A stretch of 61,726 bases of DNA, counting the filler. It is 6 parts of 6 records of this genome, joined end to end, with 100 filler letters (N's around TTAATTAATTAA, not from the genome) between each part and the next. Parts side by side here need not be neighbours in the genome. Positions count along the whole stretch, not along the records: positions 1 to 5,590 come from DRR723986_11780; positions 5,691 to 12,147 come from DRR723986_11792; 4 more parts are not named here. One strand, given 5' to 3'. Below, one piece after another: positions 1 to 9,994 of this stretch. The stretch's first letter is position 1; each line of letters starts with the position of its first letter. The notes under the pieces were generated by a model. That model did no database searches. It had not been told where the DNA came from and saw only the letters and a list, made by a program, of their open reading frames with translations. The translations under genes and the position numbers were made by a program.

Positions 1-1
1 C

Positions 2-232
2 TACACCGACACCGCCGATGCGCCCTGGACGATCATCAAGTCGAACGACAAGAAGCGCGCGCGCCTGAACACGATGCGCCACTTCCTGGCAACGCTGGAT
101 TATCCCGGCAAGGATCATGAAATCGCCAAGGCACCCGATCCGCTGATCGTGGGTCATGCCAGCCATGTGGTGCACGCGTCCGACCATATTCTGGGGTCGT
201 CCCTGCATCCCGAGCAACGCCGGGGCCGCTGA
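2..232 (+). CDS. ppk2: polyphosphate kinase 2, C-terminal fragment
   Basis: Frame from nt 2 reads YTDTADAPWTIIKSNDKKRARLNTMRHFLATLDYPGKD, the PPK2 C-terminal signature; TGA at 230-232. Confidence 0.9.
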   Translation, partial: YTDTADAPWTIIKSNDKKRARLNTMRHFLATLDYPGKDHEIAKAPDPLIVGHASHVVHASDHILGSSLHPEQRRGR

Positions 233-237
233 AAAGA

Positions 238-267
238 AAGAACGGCGCCCAATCGGGCGCCGTTCTT
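238..267. terminator. intrinsic terminator hairpin between convergent genes
   Basis: AAGAACGGCGCCC-AATC-GGGCGCCGTTCTT perfect 13-bp stem. Confidence 0.75.
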
Positions 268-310
268 CCAGGCCAAACCTATCCGGGGCAGACAACCGGG
301 CGCAGGGGGC

Positions 311-757
311 CTAATAGGTCGAGATCAGGTTCACATCGTCTTCGCTGATGATATTGCGCTGCACGCCAACGCTGGCCATTGCGACGAGAAGGGCGACTTC
401 CTGATCCGACAAGTTGCCGTCGTTATAGGCAAGGATTCCATCCTCGATCCCGTTCAGGATATCCGCATTGGTCATTGCATTGGCCATGACGAACATGCTT
501 TCCGCACCATCTTCATCAATCATGCCCGCATCATATAGTGCGTTGAAATGCGATGAGTTGAAGACCACGAACGCGTCGCTGACCTGCTGAGTCCGCAACT
601 GCGCTTCGAGGTTCGACGCAAGCGTTGAAATTCCGTCTTCGATCACGGCAGTCGCTGCAAGCGCCATGCCCGCGACTGCGGCGGTCAGGACCGTCCAGTC
701 AACAGACACTGCGCCACTTTCGGATCGCAGGAAATTATGCCAACGTGTTTCTTGCAT
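311..757 (-). CDS. Flp/Tad pilin-like protein with C-terminal extension
   Basis: N-terminus FLRSESGAVSVDWTVLTAAVAGMALAA is a roseobacter-type Flp prepilin motif followed by a hydrophobic helix; ATG at 757 preferred over TTG at 787. Confidence 0.7.
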   Translation of the reverse strand: MQETRWHNFLRSESGAVSVDWTVLTAAVAGMALAATAVIEDGISTLASNLEAQLRTQQVSDAFVVFNSSHFNALYDAGMIDEDGAESMFVMANAMTNADILNGIEDGILAYNDGNLSDQEVALLVAMASVGVQRNIISEDDVNLISTY

Positions 758-949
758 TCTTGCTACTACTGCTCGCTGTTTACGCAATCGTATGTCTCGT
801 CAAAAAATGTGGCGCGAATGTGGCATTCAGGGGGGTTGGTGGCGCAACAATGCGGTTCCAATCTGGAAACACATACGCAATTAAGATAAGCTTTTCAAGG
901 TATTGCAAAGCCGCTTGTTCTACGCCGTCGCCAAAGAAGTGTACCACCC

Positions 950-2317
950 ATGACACCTTTCCGCCATCATTTGCAGGCTGTGTTTCTGCTCGGTCTGCCT
1001 TTGGCGGGCAGCTTTCTTGCACAATTATCCATCGGTATCACCGATACGGTCATGGTGGGCTGGTACGGGGTCGAGGAACTGGCGGCGCTGTCTCTGGCCA
1101 CATCCTATTACTTCGTTCTCTATCTTCTGGGCTCGGGCTTTGCCATAGCGGTGATGCCGATGGTGGCGGCGGCCATCGCCAATGATGACCGCGTTCAGGT
1201 GCGCCGGGTGACACGCATGGGGCTCTGGATCTCGACCCTTGCGGGTCTGGCCGCCATCCCGTTCTTCTGGTTCAGCGAGCCCCTGTTCCTGATGCTGGGT
1301 CAATCGCCGGATCTGTCGCAGGACATGCAGATCTACTTGCGGATTGCAGGCTGGTCGATGCCGTTCTTCCTGATCGCCATGGTGTTCAAGAGCCACCTGT
1401 CCGCCTTGGAATACACGCAGATCGTCCTTTGGTCGACACTGGCGGCGGCTCTGCTGAATGTCGGGGTCAACTGGGTGCTTATCTTCGGCAATCTCGGCGC
1501 GCCCGAACTAGGACTGCGCGGCGCGGCGATTGCCTCGCTTGGCACCAATATCGTCTTGTTCCTGTTCCTTGCGGCCTATGCAGCGATGGCGCGCCCGTTG
1601 CGAAGCTACACCATTCTGGCGCGGCTTTGGAGACCGGATTGGGAAGCCTTCGGGCAGGTGTTCCGCCTGGGGTTGCCGATTGGGCTTACGATGTTGGCGG
1701 AAAGCGGCCTGTTCACCGCAAGCGCCTTCATGATGGGCTGGATCAGCGAAGAGGCTCTGGCCGTTCACGGCATCGCCCTGCAAATCACCGCCGCGACCTT
1801 CATGATCCATCTTGGGCTCAGCTCTGCCGCGACAGTGCGCGCGGGCAATGCGTTCGGGCAGGGGGACACCGCCAATCTGCGGCAGGGGGCGAAGGCCGCG
1901 CTTATCCTGTCTCTGGTCACGGTTGGCATGACCGTTGCCCTGTTCCTTGGCGCGCCCGATTTGCTGATCGGCCTGTTCCTCGATCCGAACGAGCCCGACA
2001 GGGATCGGCTGATTGCAATGGGGGTTGCCCTGCTGGCGATGGCGGCGCTGTTCCAGCTGGCTGATGCCATGCAGGTCATGGCGCTCGGGTTTCTGCGCGG
2101 CGTGCAGGATACGAAGCGGCCCATGGTCTATGCGGTGTTCAGCTATTGGGTGATCGGTGTGCCTGCCAGCTATGTGCTTGGTTTCACGTTCGGGCTTGGC
2201 GGCGTGGGCATCTGGCTTGGCATGGCCATTGGTCTGTCGATTGCCGCGATCACCATGATGGCCCGGTTCTGGCGGGGCGTGGCTGGCGATGCGCCACGCC
2301 CCCTTGCGGCGGGTTAA
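950..2317 (+). CDS. MATE family efflux transporter
   Basis: 455 aa, about 12 TM; DTVMVGWYG, NWVLIFGNLGAPELGLRGAAIA and LRGVQDTKRPM motifs. Confidence 0.93.
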   Translation: MTPFRHHLQAVFLLGLPLAGSFLAQLSIGITDTVMVGWYGVEELAALSLATSYYFVLYLLGSGFAIAVMPMVAAAIANDDRVQVRRVTRMGLWISTLAGLAAIPFFWFSEPLFLMLGQSPDLSQDMQIYLRIAGWSMPFFLIAMVFKSHLSALEYTQIVLWSTLAAALLNVGVNWVLIFGNLGAPELGLRGAAIASLGTNIVLFLFLAAYAAMARPLRSYTILARLWRPDWEAFGQVFRLGLPIGLTMLAESGLFTASAFMMGWISEEALAVHGIALQITAATFMIHLGLSSAATVRAGNAFGQGDTANLRQGAKAALILSLVTVGMTVALFLGAPDLLIGLFLDPNEPDRDRLIAMGVALLAMAALFQLADAMQVMALGFLRGVQDTKRPMVYAVFSYWVIGVPASYVLGFTFGLGGVGIWLGMAIGLSIAAITMMARFWRGVAGDAPRPLAAG

Positions 2318-3699
2318 CGCATCAGCGCATCCAGAATCCGCGTCCAGGACCGGATGCCTTTGTGAAAGCTGTCCAGATCGTATTTCTCGTTCGGGGAATG
2401 GATGGCGTCGTCGTCATTGGCAAAGCCGGTCAGCAGCGCATCCATCCCGAGCACCTGCTTGAAGAATCCCGCAATCGGGATCGAGCCGCCCATGCCGATG
2501 AACACCGCCTCGCGGCCCCATTCGTCGGACAGCGCCTGACGGGCCTTTTCAAACTCGGGCCGGTTCACGTTCATGACCGGCGCGGGCGAGCCTTCCAGAT
2601 CCTGGTCCCATTCCACTGTCAGATCGGCCCCCAAGCGGTCGGCCACATGATTGCGGATCTTATGGCGCAACGCGTCGGGGTCCATGTCGCCGACCAGTCG
2701 GCAGGTGATCTTGCAATGTGCCTTGGACGGAATCACCGTCTTGGACCCGGCCCCCTGATAGCCGCCCCACAGCCCGTTCACCTCCAGCGTCGGGCGCGCC
2801 CATTGCTTTTCGAGCGTGGAAAAGCCCTGTTCATAGTGGGACACGCTATAGCCAGCCTCACCCAGATAATCGGTCTCGTTGAAACCGGACATGTTCCACT
2901 GCCGCAGGATGTCCTCGGGCACCTCGTGAACGCCCTCATAGAAGCCGTCAACCGCCACGGCCCCTGTCTCGGAGTCATAGAAACTGTCCACGATCCGCGC
3001 CAATTCGCGCAGCGGGTTCAGGCCCGGGCCGCCGTAATGGCCTGAATGCAGGTCGATGCGCGGGCCGGTCAGGGTGAATTCATCCTTCAGCATCCCGCGC
3101 AACTGGGTGGGGATAGAGGGCACGCCGGGGGCCACCATGGACGTATCGCAAATGAGCGCAATATCGGCGGTCAGCTCGGCGGCGTTTTCCTGCATGAACG
3201 GCACCAGCGACGGCGAGCCTGATTCTTCCTCGCCCTCGAAAAACAGCGTGATCCTGCCCGGCAGGCTGCCATGAACGGCCTTCCACGCGCGGCACGCCTC
3301 GACAAAGGTCATTAGTTGCCCCTTGTCATCGGACGCGCCGCGCCCGCGGATGACCTTACCCTTGGGCGTGTCTTCGATGGCCGGTTCAAAAGGCGGCGTG
3401 TGCCACAGGTTCAGCGGATCGACCGGCTGCACATCATAGTGACCATAGAACAGCAGGTGCGGCCCGTCGGCATCGGCATTGGCGTGGGCCACGACCATCG
3501 GGCGTCCCGGAGTGGGGCGCTTGGTTGCGTCAAAGCCAAGCGTGGTCAGTTCCTCGACCAGCCAATCGGCGGCCCGGTCGCAATCGTCGTTGAAGGCCGG
3601 GTCGGTCGAGATGGAGGGGATTCGCAGCAGGTCCATCAGCCGGTCGGTGGCTTCCTCCAGATTTTCGTCGATACGGGCGAGGATGGCGTCAAGCGACAT
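2314..3699 (-). CDS. M20/M25/M40 family metallo-dipeptidase
   Basis: YGHYDVQP, GRGASDDKGQ, EGEEESGS and IHSPNEK motifs. Confidence 0.92.
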   Translation of the reverse strand: MSLDAILARIDENLEEATDRLMDLLRIPSISTDPAFNDDCDRAADWLVEELTTLGFDATKRPTPGRPMVVAHANADADGPHLLFYGHYDVQPVDPLNLWHTPPFEPAIEDTPKGKVIRGRGASDDKGQLMTFVEACRAWKAVHGSLPGRITLFFEGEEESGSPSLVPFMQENAAELTADIALICDTSMVAPGVPSIPTQLRGMLKDEFTLTGPRIDLHSGHYGGPGLNPLRELARIVDSFYDSETGAVAVDGFYEGVHEVPEDILRQWNMSGFNETDYLGEAGYSVSHYEQGFSTLEKQWARPTLEVNGLWGGYQGAGSKTVIPSKAHCKITCRLVGDMDPDALRHKIRNHVADRLGADLTVEWDQDLEGSPAPVMNVNRPEFEKARQALSDEWGREAVFIGMGGSIPIAGFFKQVLGMDALLTGFANDDDAIHSPNEKYDLDSFHKGIRSWTRILDALMR

Positions 3700-3838
3700 G
3701 GGAGATCCTTTCACATTTGCGTGTTGCCGCGGACCCTAACAGCCCGCCCGCCACTGTCCAGATATTGCCGACGGGCAGGGGACACGATATCCCTGTTATC
3801 GTTTCAGACTTCCGGCCAAATGTGAGCGGAGATATTTC

Positions 3839-4423
3839 ATGCGCGTCCAATCCATCCTTCGTCCCGCCGTTCTGGCCCTCGCGATGTCAGCCATCGCCCT
3901 GCCTGCCCTGGCCCAGGAATTGCCCAACCTGCGCGAAGCCCGCCGTCTGGTTTTTGCCGAACGCGGGGCCGTCGAGGTGGAGTTGATCGAGCATGACAGC
4001 CTGTCGGATACCGACCGCGCCATTCTGCAATCTCCTCAACTGTCGGGCGCGATCAGCTACTATGGGGCAATTGCCATTGCACCCGGCATGGGGCTGGCAT
4101 CCGAGGCGACGGTGGCCGCCGCCAATTACCATGACGAAGACAACGCCCGCCGCGTGGCCCTGGAAGGCTGTGAAGAAGCGCGAAGCTCTGGCCCATCCTG
4201 CATCGTTGTGCTGGTCGTCCGCCCGGAAGGCTGGGAACCGGGGCGCAGCCTGCAACTGAATACCGAGGCGTCAGCAGCCCTGCGGGGCGACTACCGACGG
4301 CTTGGCCGCGACCGCGCAATGGCGATTTCCGTGGCAACCGGACAATGGGGAATAGGCGAAGACGAGGAAACAGCCGTCGCCAATTGTGGACAGGAAGACT
4401 GCCGCGTGGTGGTTTTGAACTGA
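3839..4423 (+). CDS. secreted hypothetical protein with DUF4189-like Cys-containing repeats
   Basis: Signal peptide (ALA-Q); YYGAIAIA...ARRVALEGC...C motif repeated in degenerate form. Confidence 0.65.
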   Translation: MRVQSILRPAVLALAMSAIALPALAQELPNLREARRLVFAERGAVEVELIEHDSLSDTDRAILQSPQLSGAISYYGAIAIAPGMGLASEATVAAANYHDEDNARRVALEGCEEARSSGPSCIVVLVVRPEGWEPGRSLQLNTEASAALRGDYRRLGRDRAMAISVATGQWGIGEDEETAVANCGQEDCRVVVLN

Positions 4424-4439
4424 TCTAACGGCTGGTCCG

Positions 4440-4453
4440 TTGATCCATGTCAA
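4440..4453. promoter_or_regulatory. FNR/FnrL-type binding site upstream of hemA
   Basis: TTGATCCATGTCAA matches TTGAT-N4-ATCAA with one mismatch; FnrL control of hemA is established in Rhodobacter. Confidence 0.75.
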
Positions 4454-4607
4454 AGTAACCTGCGCGTCAATTTGTAACTTGCAGGGTGTGGGCCCCACGG
4501 CCTAGATCACCCAAACTTCGGGCATTCAAGGAAACGCATCCGTCCGAAGCCTTGCCAGCCGCGTCTTTCGGACCCCCGCGAACGGGTCCGGGAAAAGGAG
4601 ACCGCCA

Positions 4608-5590
4608 GTGAACTACGATGCCGCGCTTGATGCCGCCCTGAACCGCCTGCACGAAGAAGGCCGTTACCGCACTTTCATTGATATCGAGCGTCGTCGCGGC
4701 CAGTTCCCTCATGCGGTATGGAAGAAACCCGATGGCACGGAACAGGATATCACCGTCTGGTGTGGCAACGATTACCTTGGCATGGGCCAGCACCCGGTTG
4801 TTCTGGAAGCGATGCACAATGCACTGGAAGATACCGGTGCTGGGTCCGGCGGCACCCGCAATATTTCCGGCACCACGGTCTATCACAAGCAGTTGGAAGC
4901 AGAGCTTTCCGACCTGCACCGGAAAGAATCGGCGCTGCTGTTTACGTCGGCCTATATCGCCAATGACGCCACGTTAAGCACTCTGCCGAAACTTTTTCCG
5001 GGTCTGATCATCTATTCCGACGCGCTGAACCATGCCTCGATGATCGAAGGCGTGCGTCGCAATGGCGGGGCCAAGCGCATCTTCCGTCACAATGACGTGG
5101 CGCATCTGCGTGAGTTGCTGGAAGCCGACGATCCCGCCGCGCCGAAGCTGATCGCGTTTGAATCGATCTACTCCATGGATGGTGACTTTGGCCCCATCGA
5201 AGAGATTTGCGATCTGGCCGATGAGTTTGGCGCGCTGACCTACCTCGATGAGGTCCATGCCGTCGGCATGTACGGCCCCCGTGGCGCCGGCGTCGCCGAA
5301 CGCGACAACCTGATGCACCGCATCGACATCATCAACGGCACCCTTGGTAAGGCCTTTGGTGTGCATGGCGGCTATATCGCGGCCAGCGCGAAAATGTGTG
5401 ACGCCGTAAGGTCTTATGCACCGGGCTTCATCTTCACCACCTCGATCCCGCCGGCCGTGGCGGCAGGGGCTGCGGCCTCTGTGCGGCATCTGAAAACCGA
5501 CCAGGCGCTGCGCGATCTGCACCAGGAACGCGCCAATGTGCTGAAACTGCGCCTGAAGGGCATGGGCCTGCCGATCATCGACCACGGCAG
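4608..5590 (+). CDS. hemA: 5-aminolevulinate synthase (3' truncated by contig end)
   Basis: [28 protein letters not shown] and GTLGKAFG (PLP lysine) motifs. Confidence 0.96.
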
Positions 5591-5690
5591 NNNNNNNNNN
5601 NNNNNNNNNNNNNNNNNNNNNNNNNNNNNNNNNNTTAATTAATTAANNNNNNNNNNNNNNNNNNNNNNNNNNNNNNNNNNNNNNNNNNNN
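5591..5690. other. artificial contig linker
   Basis: N44-TTAATTAATTAA-N44, stops in all six frames. Confidence 0.99.
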
Positions 5691-6163
5691 ATGTCTGCTC
5701 GCTCGCGCGCCGGATCTCTTGGTCTGATGAAATCGAGGGCCTGTATGAAACCTGCGTGGTTTTTATTGTTTGGGGTCGTTTGGTGCCCCGTGTCCCGTTC
5801 TCATCCGATGAACAAGGGATGCCACGGGAAATCATGGGTGTCTACATTTTTTATGGCCCATCCGCACAAGATATGGTTCTACACAAGGCTCAAAACTATG
5901 ATTTAGAGAGATTTAGTATCAAAAAATTGGCTCAATTTGCAGGAGGTGACGCTCAGAATACTATATATAGTAGCGTGCGAGCAAATTGAAAAAGGTGGGG
6001 TAATTTCCCAAAAATTTTCACCCACAAACTTATCCACATGTAATGTTCACATCTTGTTCTCATGAATATCTGCAAACCAAGCCAATTTTCAACCTCATTC
6101 CCGTGAAATTGATTCGGTTTCAGCAGGTTTCGGGCAAATTCCGCGCCGCTGTTCCGCGAATGG

Positions 6164-6219
6164 CCCATCCATTCCCATAGGCAATCCCATCAGATCCCAT
6201 CTGTGCCATCTGATCCCAG
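6164..6219 (-). promoter_or_regulatory. array of TGGG-containing pentamers at about 10-bp period, MraZ-box-like
   Basis: CCCAT at 6164, 6174, 6186 and 6196, GCCAT at 6205, CCCAG at 6215. Confidence 0.5.
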
Positions 6220-6331
6220 TGCAGCCCTTCCAAACGTTGGGAAATCCTGCCTTACCTTGCGTCCACCGCGCCAAACCGCCAAAACAGGCGGGCCGACCCG
6301 CATTACGGGATTTTTGGCTAAGGAGTTTGAG

Positions 6332-7123
6332 ATGACCACCGCACTGGCGCTGATTTCACATGCCATTCGCATGTTGGTGTTCGAAACCGGCACAACGTTG
6401 AAAGTTGTGATGCCCGCCATCCTGCTGGTGCTTGGCAGCACATTGGCGTCCGTGGTCTTGTTGCCCGACGCCATCGCCGCGTTGCAAGCCCACCCGGAAG
6501 ATATGGTTCTGCCCTCGGGTGGGGAACTTGGCTTGCTGGCGCTTTTCGGGCTTTGTGCGCTGATGGGCTATGTGCTGATGGCGATCCTGTGGCACCGGCA
6601 TGTCTTGCTGAGTGGGACCGACCATGCCGACGATCTGCGCCCTTCTGCATCGATTGTATTGTCTTACGTCTGGCGGGCGATCCTTGTCGGCCTCATGCAA
6701 TTGCTCGCCACCATCCCGATTGTCATTGGCACCGCCGCCATCGGCGCCGTGATTGGGATGACTGCAGGATTGGGCGGCAGCGCATTTTTGGGACTGGTCA
6801 TCGGGCTGCTGGCCAGTGTGGTCTTTGTCTGGATCGCGCTGCGGCTCTCCGTTGTGTTGCCCGCCGCCGCTTTGGGGCACTCTATGCGGATCTTTGAAAG
6901 CTGGCGCGAAACCGCACCCATTGCCGGCCCGCTTTGGGGCGTTGCGGCCCTGTTGGCGGCGATCAATATCGGCATCAACGGTCTGGCCGCGATGATCTTG
7001 CCAGAGGCCGCCGTGGCCTCGGCACTGATCGCAGCTTGCGTTTACCTGATCGAAGGCCTGGTCTTTGTCTCGGTGCTGACAACGCTCTATGGCCACCTGA
7101 TCGAAAGGCGCACATTGGGGTAA
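6332..7123 (+). CDS. integral membrane hypothetical protein
   Basis: AGGAG RBS before ATG 6332; about 6 TM helices; AILWHRHVLL and RLSVVLPAAALG motifs typical of a roseobacter membrane family. Confidence 0.8.
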   Translation: MTTALALISHAIRMLVFETGTTLKVVMPAILLVLGSTLASVVLLPDAIAALQAHPEDMVLPSGGELGLLALFGLCALMGYVLMAILWHRHVLLSGTDHADDLRPSASIVLSYVWRAILVGLMQLLATIPIVIGTAAIGAVIGMTAGLGGSAFLGLVIGLLASVVFVWIALRLSVVLPAAALGHSMRIFESWRETAPIAGPLWGVAALLAAINIGINGLAAMILPEAAVASALIAACVYLIEGLVFVSVLTTLYGHLIERRTLG

Positions 7124-7139
7124 TATGGGCCGACTGCGC

Positions 7140-8213
7140 TTAGGCCATGCCCCCTTTGATCAAGCCTTCGGCGATCTGTCCGTAAGCCTTGGCCATCGCA
7201 CTGTCCCCCGCCGCGACCGGCGTGCCGCCATCGCCTGCAAGCCGGGTCTCAAGGTCAATCGGCAAAGTGCCCAACAATGGCACGCCGATCTTTTCCGCCT
7301 CATCCGCCACGCCGCCGCGGCCAAAGATCTGATGCTCTGACCCGCAATCAGGGCAAACGAACATCGACATATTCTCGATCAGCCCCAGCACCGGTGTCTT
7401 GAGCGTGCCGAACATGTCCAGCGCCTTGCGGGCATCAATCAACGCCACATCCTGCGGTGTGCTGACCACAATCGCGCCGGTCAGTTCGGACTTGGTGCAG
7501 AGGGTCAGTTGCACATCGCCTGTGCCCGGCGGCAGATCGACCAGCAGCACGTCAAGCTCGCCCCATTCCACCTGGCCCAGCATCTGCTGCAAGGCGCCCA
7601 TCAGCATTGGTCCGCGCCATACCACGGCCTTGCCCTCCTCCATCATAAAGCCGATGGACATCAATGTGACCCCATGGGCCTGCAATGGAATGATTGTCTT
7701 GCCATCCGGGCTGGCGGGCTTTTTGTTGATCCCCATCATGCGCGGCACGCTGGGCCCATAGATGTCGGCATCCAAAAGGCCAACCTTGCGCCCGGCCTTG
7801 GCCAGCGCCACAGCCAGATTGGTGCTGACGGTGGATTTGCCAACGCCGCCTTTGCCCGATCCGATGGCCAAAATGCGTTTCACGCCGGAAGGTTTGGTTG
7901 GACCGTCCTGCGGCTTGGGATGGCCGCCGACCTTAAGCGATGGCGGTGCCGCCGGTTTGGCCGCCGGACCATGCGCCGTCAGGGCAACGCTGGCCTGAGA
8001 CACACCGGGCAATTCCGCCACGACTTTCTCTGCCGCATCGCGCAGCGGCGCCATGGAACGGGCCACATCCGCATTTGGCGCCTCAATCACAAAGCGCACC
8101 ACATCCCCGTCGATCGTCAATGCACGGATCAAATCATGATCCAGAATGCTTTTGCCATCCGGCAGGGCCACACGGGCCAGCGCGGCCTCTACCTCGGCTT
8201 TGGTGATGGACAT
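7140..8213 (-). CDS. mrp: Mrp/NBP35 (ApbC) Fe-S cluster carrier ATPase
   Basis: SGKGGVGKST, DADIYGPS, WRGPM, DLPPGTGD and CPDC motifs. Confidence 0.95.
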   Translation of the reverse strand: MSITKAEVEAALARVALPDGKSILDHDLIRALTIDGDVVRFVIEAPNADVARSMAPLRDAAEKVVAELPGVSQASVALTAHGPAAKPAAPPSLKVGGHPKPQDGPTKPSGVKRILAIGSGKGGVGKSTVSTNLAVALAKAGRKVGLLDADIYGPSVPRMMGINKKPASPDGKTIIPLQAHGVTLMSIGFMMEEGKAVVWRGPMLMGALQQMLGQVEWGELDVLLVDLPPGTGDVQLTLCTKSELTGAIVVSTPQDVALIDARKALDMFGTLKTPVLGLIENMSMFVCPDCGSEHQIFGRGGVADEAEKIGVPLLGTLPIDLETRLAGDGGTPVAAGDSAMAKAYGQIAEGLIKGGMA

Positions 8214-8446
8214 GGCGAACTCTCCTCTTGTTTGACCCTGAAATGGCAGGTTCTGCCCAAATCACAAGAGGGGCGCGGCGTTTTGCGCGATGGCTCTGCG
8301 CGATGGTTCTGCCCGCCGTGCAAGTGGTCCGTTGCAATCCATGCGATTGCTGCATGGCAGCATTGCAAATTTAATTATTGTGCAGACGCAGCATTTGCCC
8401 CATTTTGATTGCATCGGGACGCCGCAAGGTGCCTTGAGAAAGTTAC

Positions 8447-8528
8447 CAAACAAGCCTACCTCCTCCCGGGCTTGTTTGAATTTGGCGGCGACATTTTCCT
8501 CCTCCCTAATGTCGTCGCCCTTTCTTTC
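8447..8528 (+). ncRNA. two-hairpin cuckoo-type sRNA
   Basis: Hairpins 8447-8478 and 8484-8519, each with CCTCCTCCC in the loop, followed by a T-rich tail. Confidence 0.75.
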
Positions 8529-8747
8529 TCCTCTCTCCCTTTCAACATCAGCTTCGCCCTAGGCCGATGCCCAGCGCCAAATCGCAGCGCCTTTTGTTTC
8601 CGTTTTATTAACAATAGGTTGCCCCTGCGTCGCCCATGCAAAAACTGCATATCGGGTTTGCCCTTACAACCGTTGTAAGGCTCTGGGAAAGGCGTATGTA
8701 CCCCTCATCAGACAAGACGATAACGTCAAACAATACGAGGTGCCCCG

Positions 8748-8960
8748 ATGGCATACATGAACACAACAACCGCCGCTCACCCTTCCGTATTTGCACAAAT
8801 CGGTGCATTTTTCGAAGGCGCAGCAACACGTTACAAGCAATACCGTCTTTACCGCGCAACCTTTGATGAACTCAGCGCCCTGAGCAACCGTGAACTGGCC
8901 GATCTGGGCCTGAACCGCTCTGACCTGCGCCGCGTTTCGATCGAAGCCTCCCGCGTTTAA
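8748..8960 (+). CDS. DUF1127 small RNA-binding protein (CcaF1-like)
   Basis: 70 aa, YRATFDELSALSNRELADLGLNRSDL DUF1127 signature. Confidence 0.92.
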   Translation: MAYMNTTTAAHPSVFAQIGAFFEGAATRYKQYRLYRATFDELSALSNRELADLGLNRSDLRRVSIEASRV

Positions 8961-8970
8961 GACACCCAGA

Positions 8971-9139
8971 TTGGACGCAGCGCACCTCCCTGCCCTTGCG
9001 TCCAAAGCAGAGGTCCGCATCACCTTCCTCCTCCCTGATGCTGCGTGACCCTGCGCATAGACCCGAAGCCGACCCTCCCTCGACGCTTCGGGCCGACATA
9101 GAAACAGCGACACCTTCCTCCCAAGGTGTCGCTGTTTTT
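8971..9139 (+). ncRNA. tandem cuckoo/CcsR-like sRNA hairpins in the 3' region of the DUF1127 gene
   Basis: Four hairpins (8971-9005, 9007-9054, 9062-9092, 9100-9139) with CCTCCC/CCTCCTCCC loops; the last one ends in a T run. Confidence 0.8.
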
Positions 9140-9161
9140 CGTTTCGGGGGCTGACGTGACC

Positions 9162-9365
9162 TCAGGGCGCCGCTTCAAGCAGGTCTCCGGGCTGGCATTC
9201 CAACACCTCACAAATCTTGGCCAGCGTTTCAAACCGCACCCCTTTGACCTTGCCGGACTTGAGCAAGCTCATGTTTTGCACGGTGATCCCCACCGCTTCG
9301 GCCAGATCTTTGGACTTCATCTTGCGTTTGGCCAACATCACATCAAGCCGGACGATGATCTGCAT
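9162..9365 (-). CDS. Cro/C1-type HTH transcriptional regulator (YozG-like)
   Basis: MQIIVRLDVMLAKRKMKSKDLAEAVGIT...KGVRFETLAKICEVLECQPGDLL; start overlaps the upstream stop (TGATG). Confidence 0.92.
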   Translation of the reverse strand: MQIIVRLDVMLAKRKMKSKDLAEAVGITVQNMSLLKSGKVKGVRFETLAKICEVLECQPGDLLEAAP

Positions 9366-9895
9366 CAGACAAACTCCTCGTTCTCGCGGGCGATCCGAAT
9401 GGCTTCGCGCATCACCAACCCAAGAAAAAAGAACGCCAATCCACTGAAGGCCAACCCGATATTGCCGCTGTCGTACCAGAACCGCAGGGGCAAATGACCA
9501 CCCGCATTGTGCCAGGAGCGTATCATCGGGCTGACCGCACCTGCCACAAGCGACGTGGTCGCAGAGCCAAAGATCAAAAGCCCCACCCAAACCAACCGGT
9601 TAGCGATACGAAAATCAAAAACCGTACCCCCGCGAAGCAGCCAAAGCATTGACGCACCCGTTGCATAGGCCAGCCAACCCAAGACAGTCGGCACAAGCCA
9701 GACACAAAAGAAAACAATCCGAGTGCTCAACGCGATCTCCGCACTGGGGTCAACCCAGCGATCATTCCGAGTCCAACGCCCCCAGTCCAGAAAGGACAGA
9801 TCCAGATTCCAACTGAGCGCCTCATAGGGATAGTAGATCAGCATCGGCAGGATGCAGACCAGTGCGACGGTGGACAATCGACGTATCTTGTTCAT
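9365..9895 (-). CDS. DUF2975-like membrane protein
   Basis: 4 TM helices, C-terminal VMREAIRIARENEEFV; this family is typically coupled to a YozG-like HTH. Confidence 0.8.
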   Translation of the reverse strand: MNKIRRLSTVALVCILPMLIYYPYEALSWNLDLSFLDWGRWTRNDRWVDPSAEIALSTRIVFFCVWLVPTVLGWLAYATGASMLWLLRGGTVFDFRIANRLVWVGLLIFGSATTSLVAGAVSPMIRSWHNAGGHLPLRFWYDSGNIGLAFSGLAFFFLGLVMREAIRIARENEEFV

Positions 9896-9994
9896 ATAAG
9901 GCACCTAATATTTATTGTATTACGATAATTTTGTATTGCCTTTCGGGTATTGTCCAGCTTTTATTGGATGCAATTCTTAACGAGGAATCATCAC

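Noticed and set aside
3839-4423. Second ALA synthase upstream of hemA
   Set aside because: Secreted 194-aa protein with no PLP-enzyme motifs
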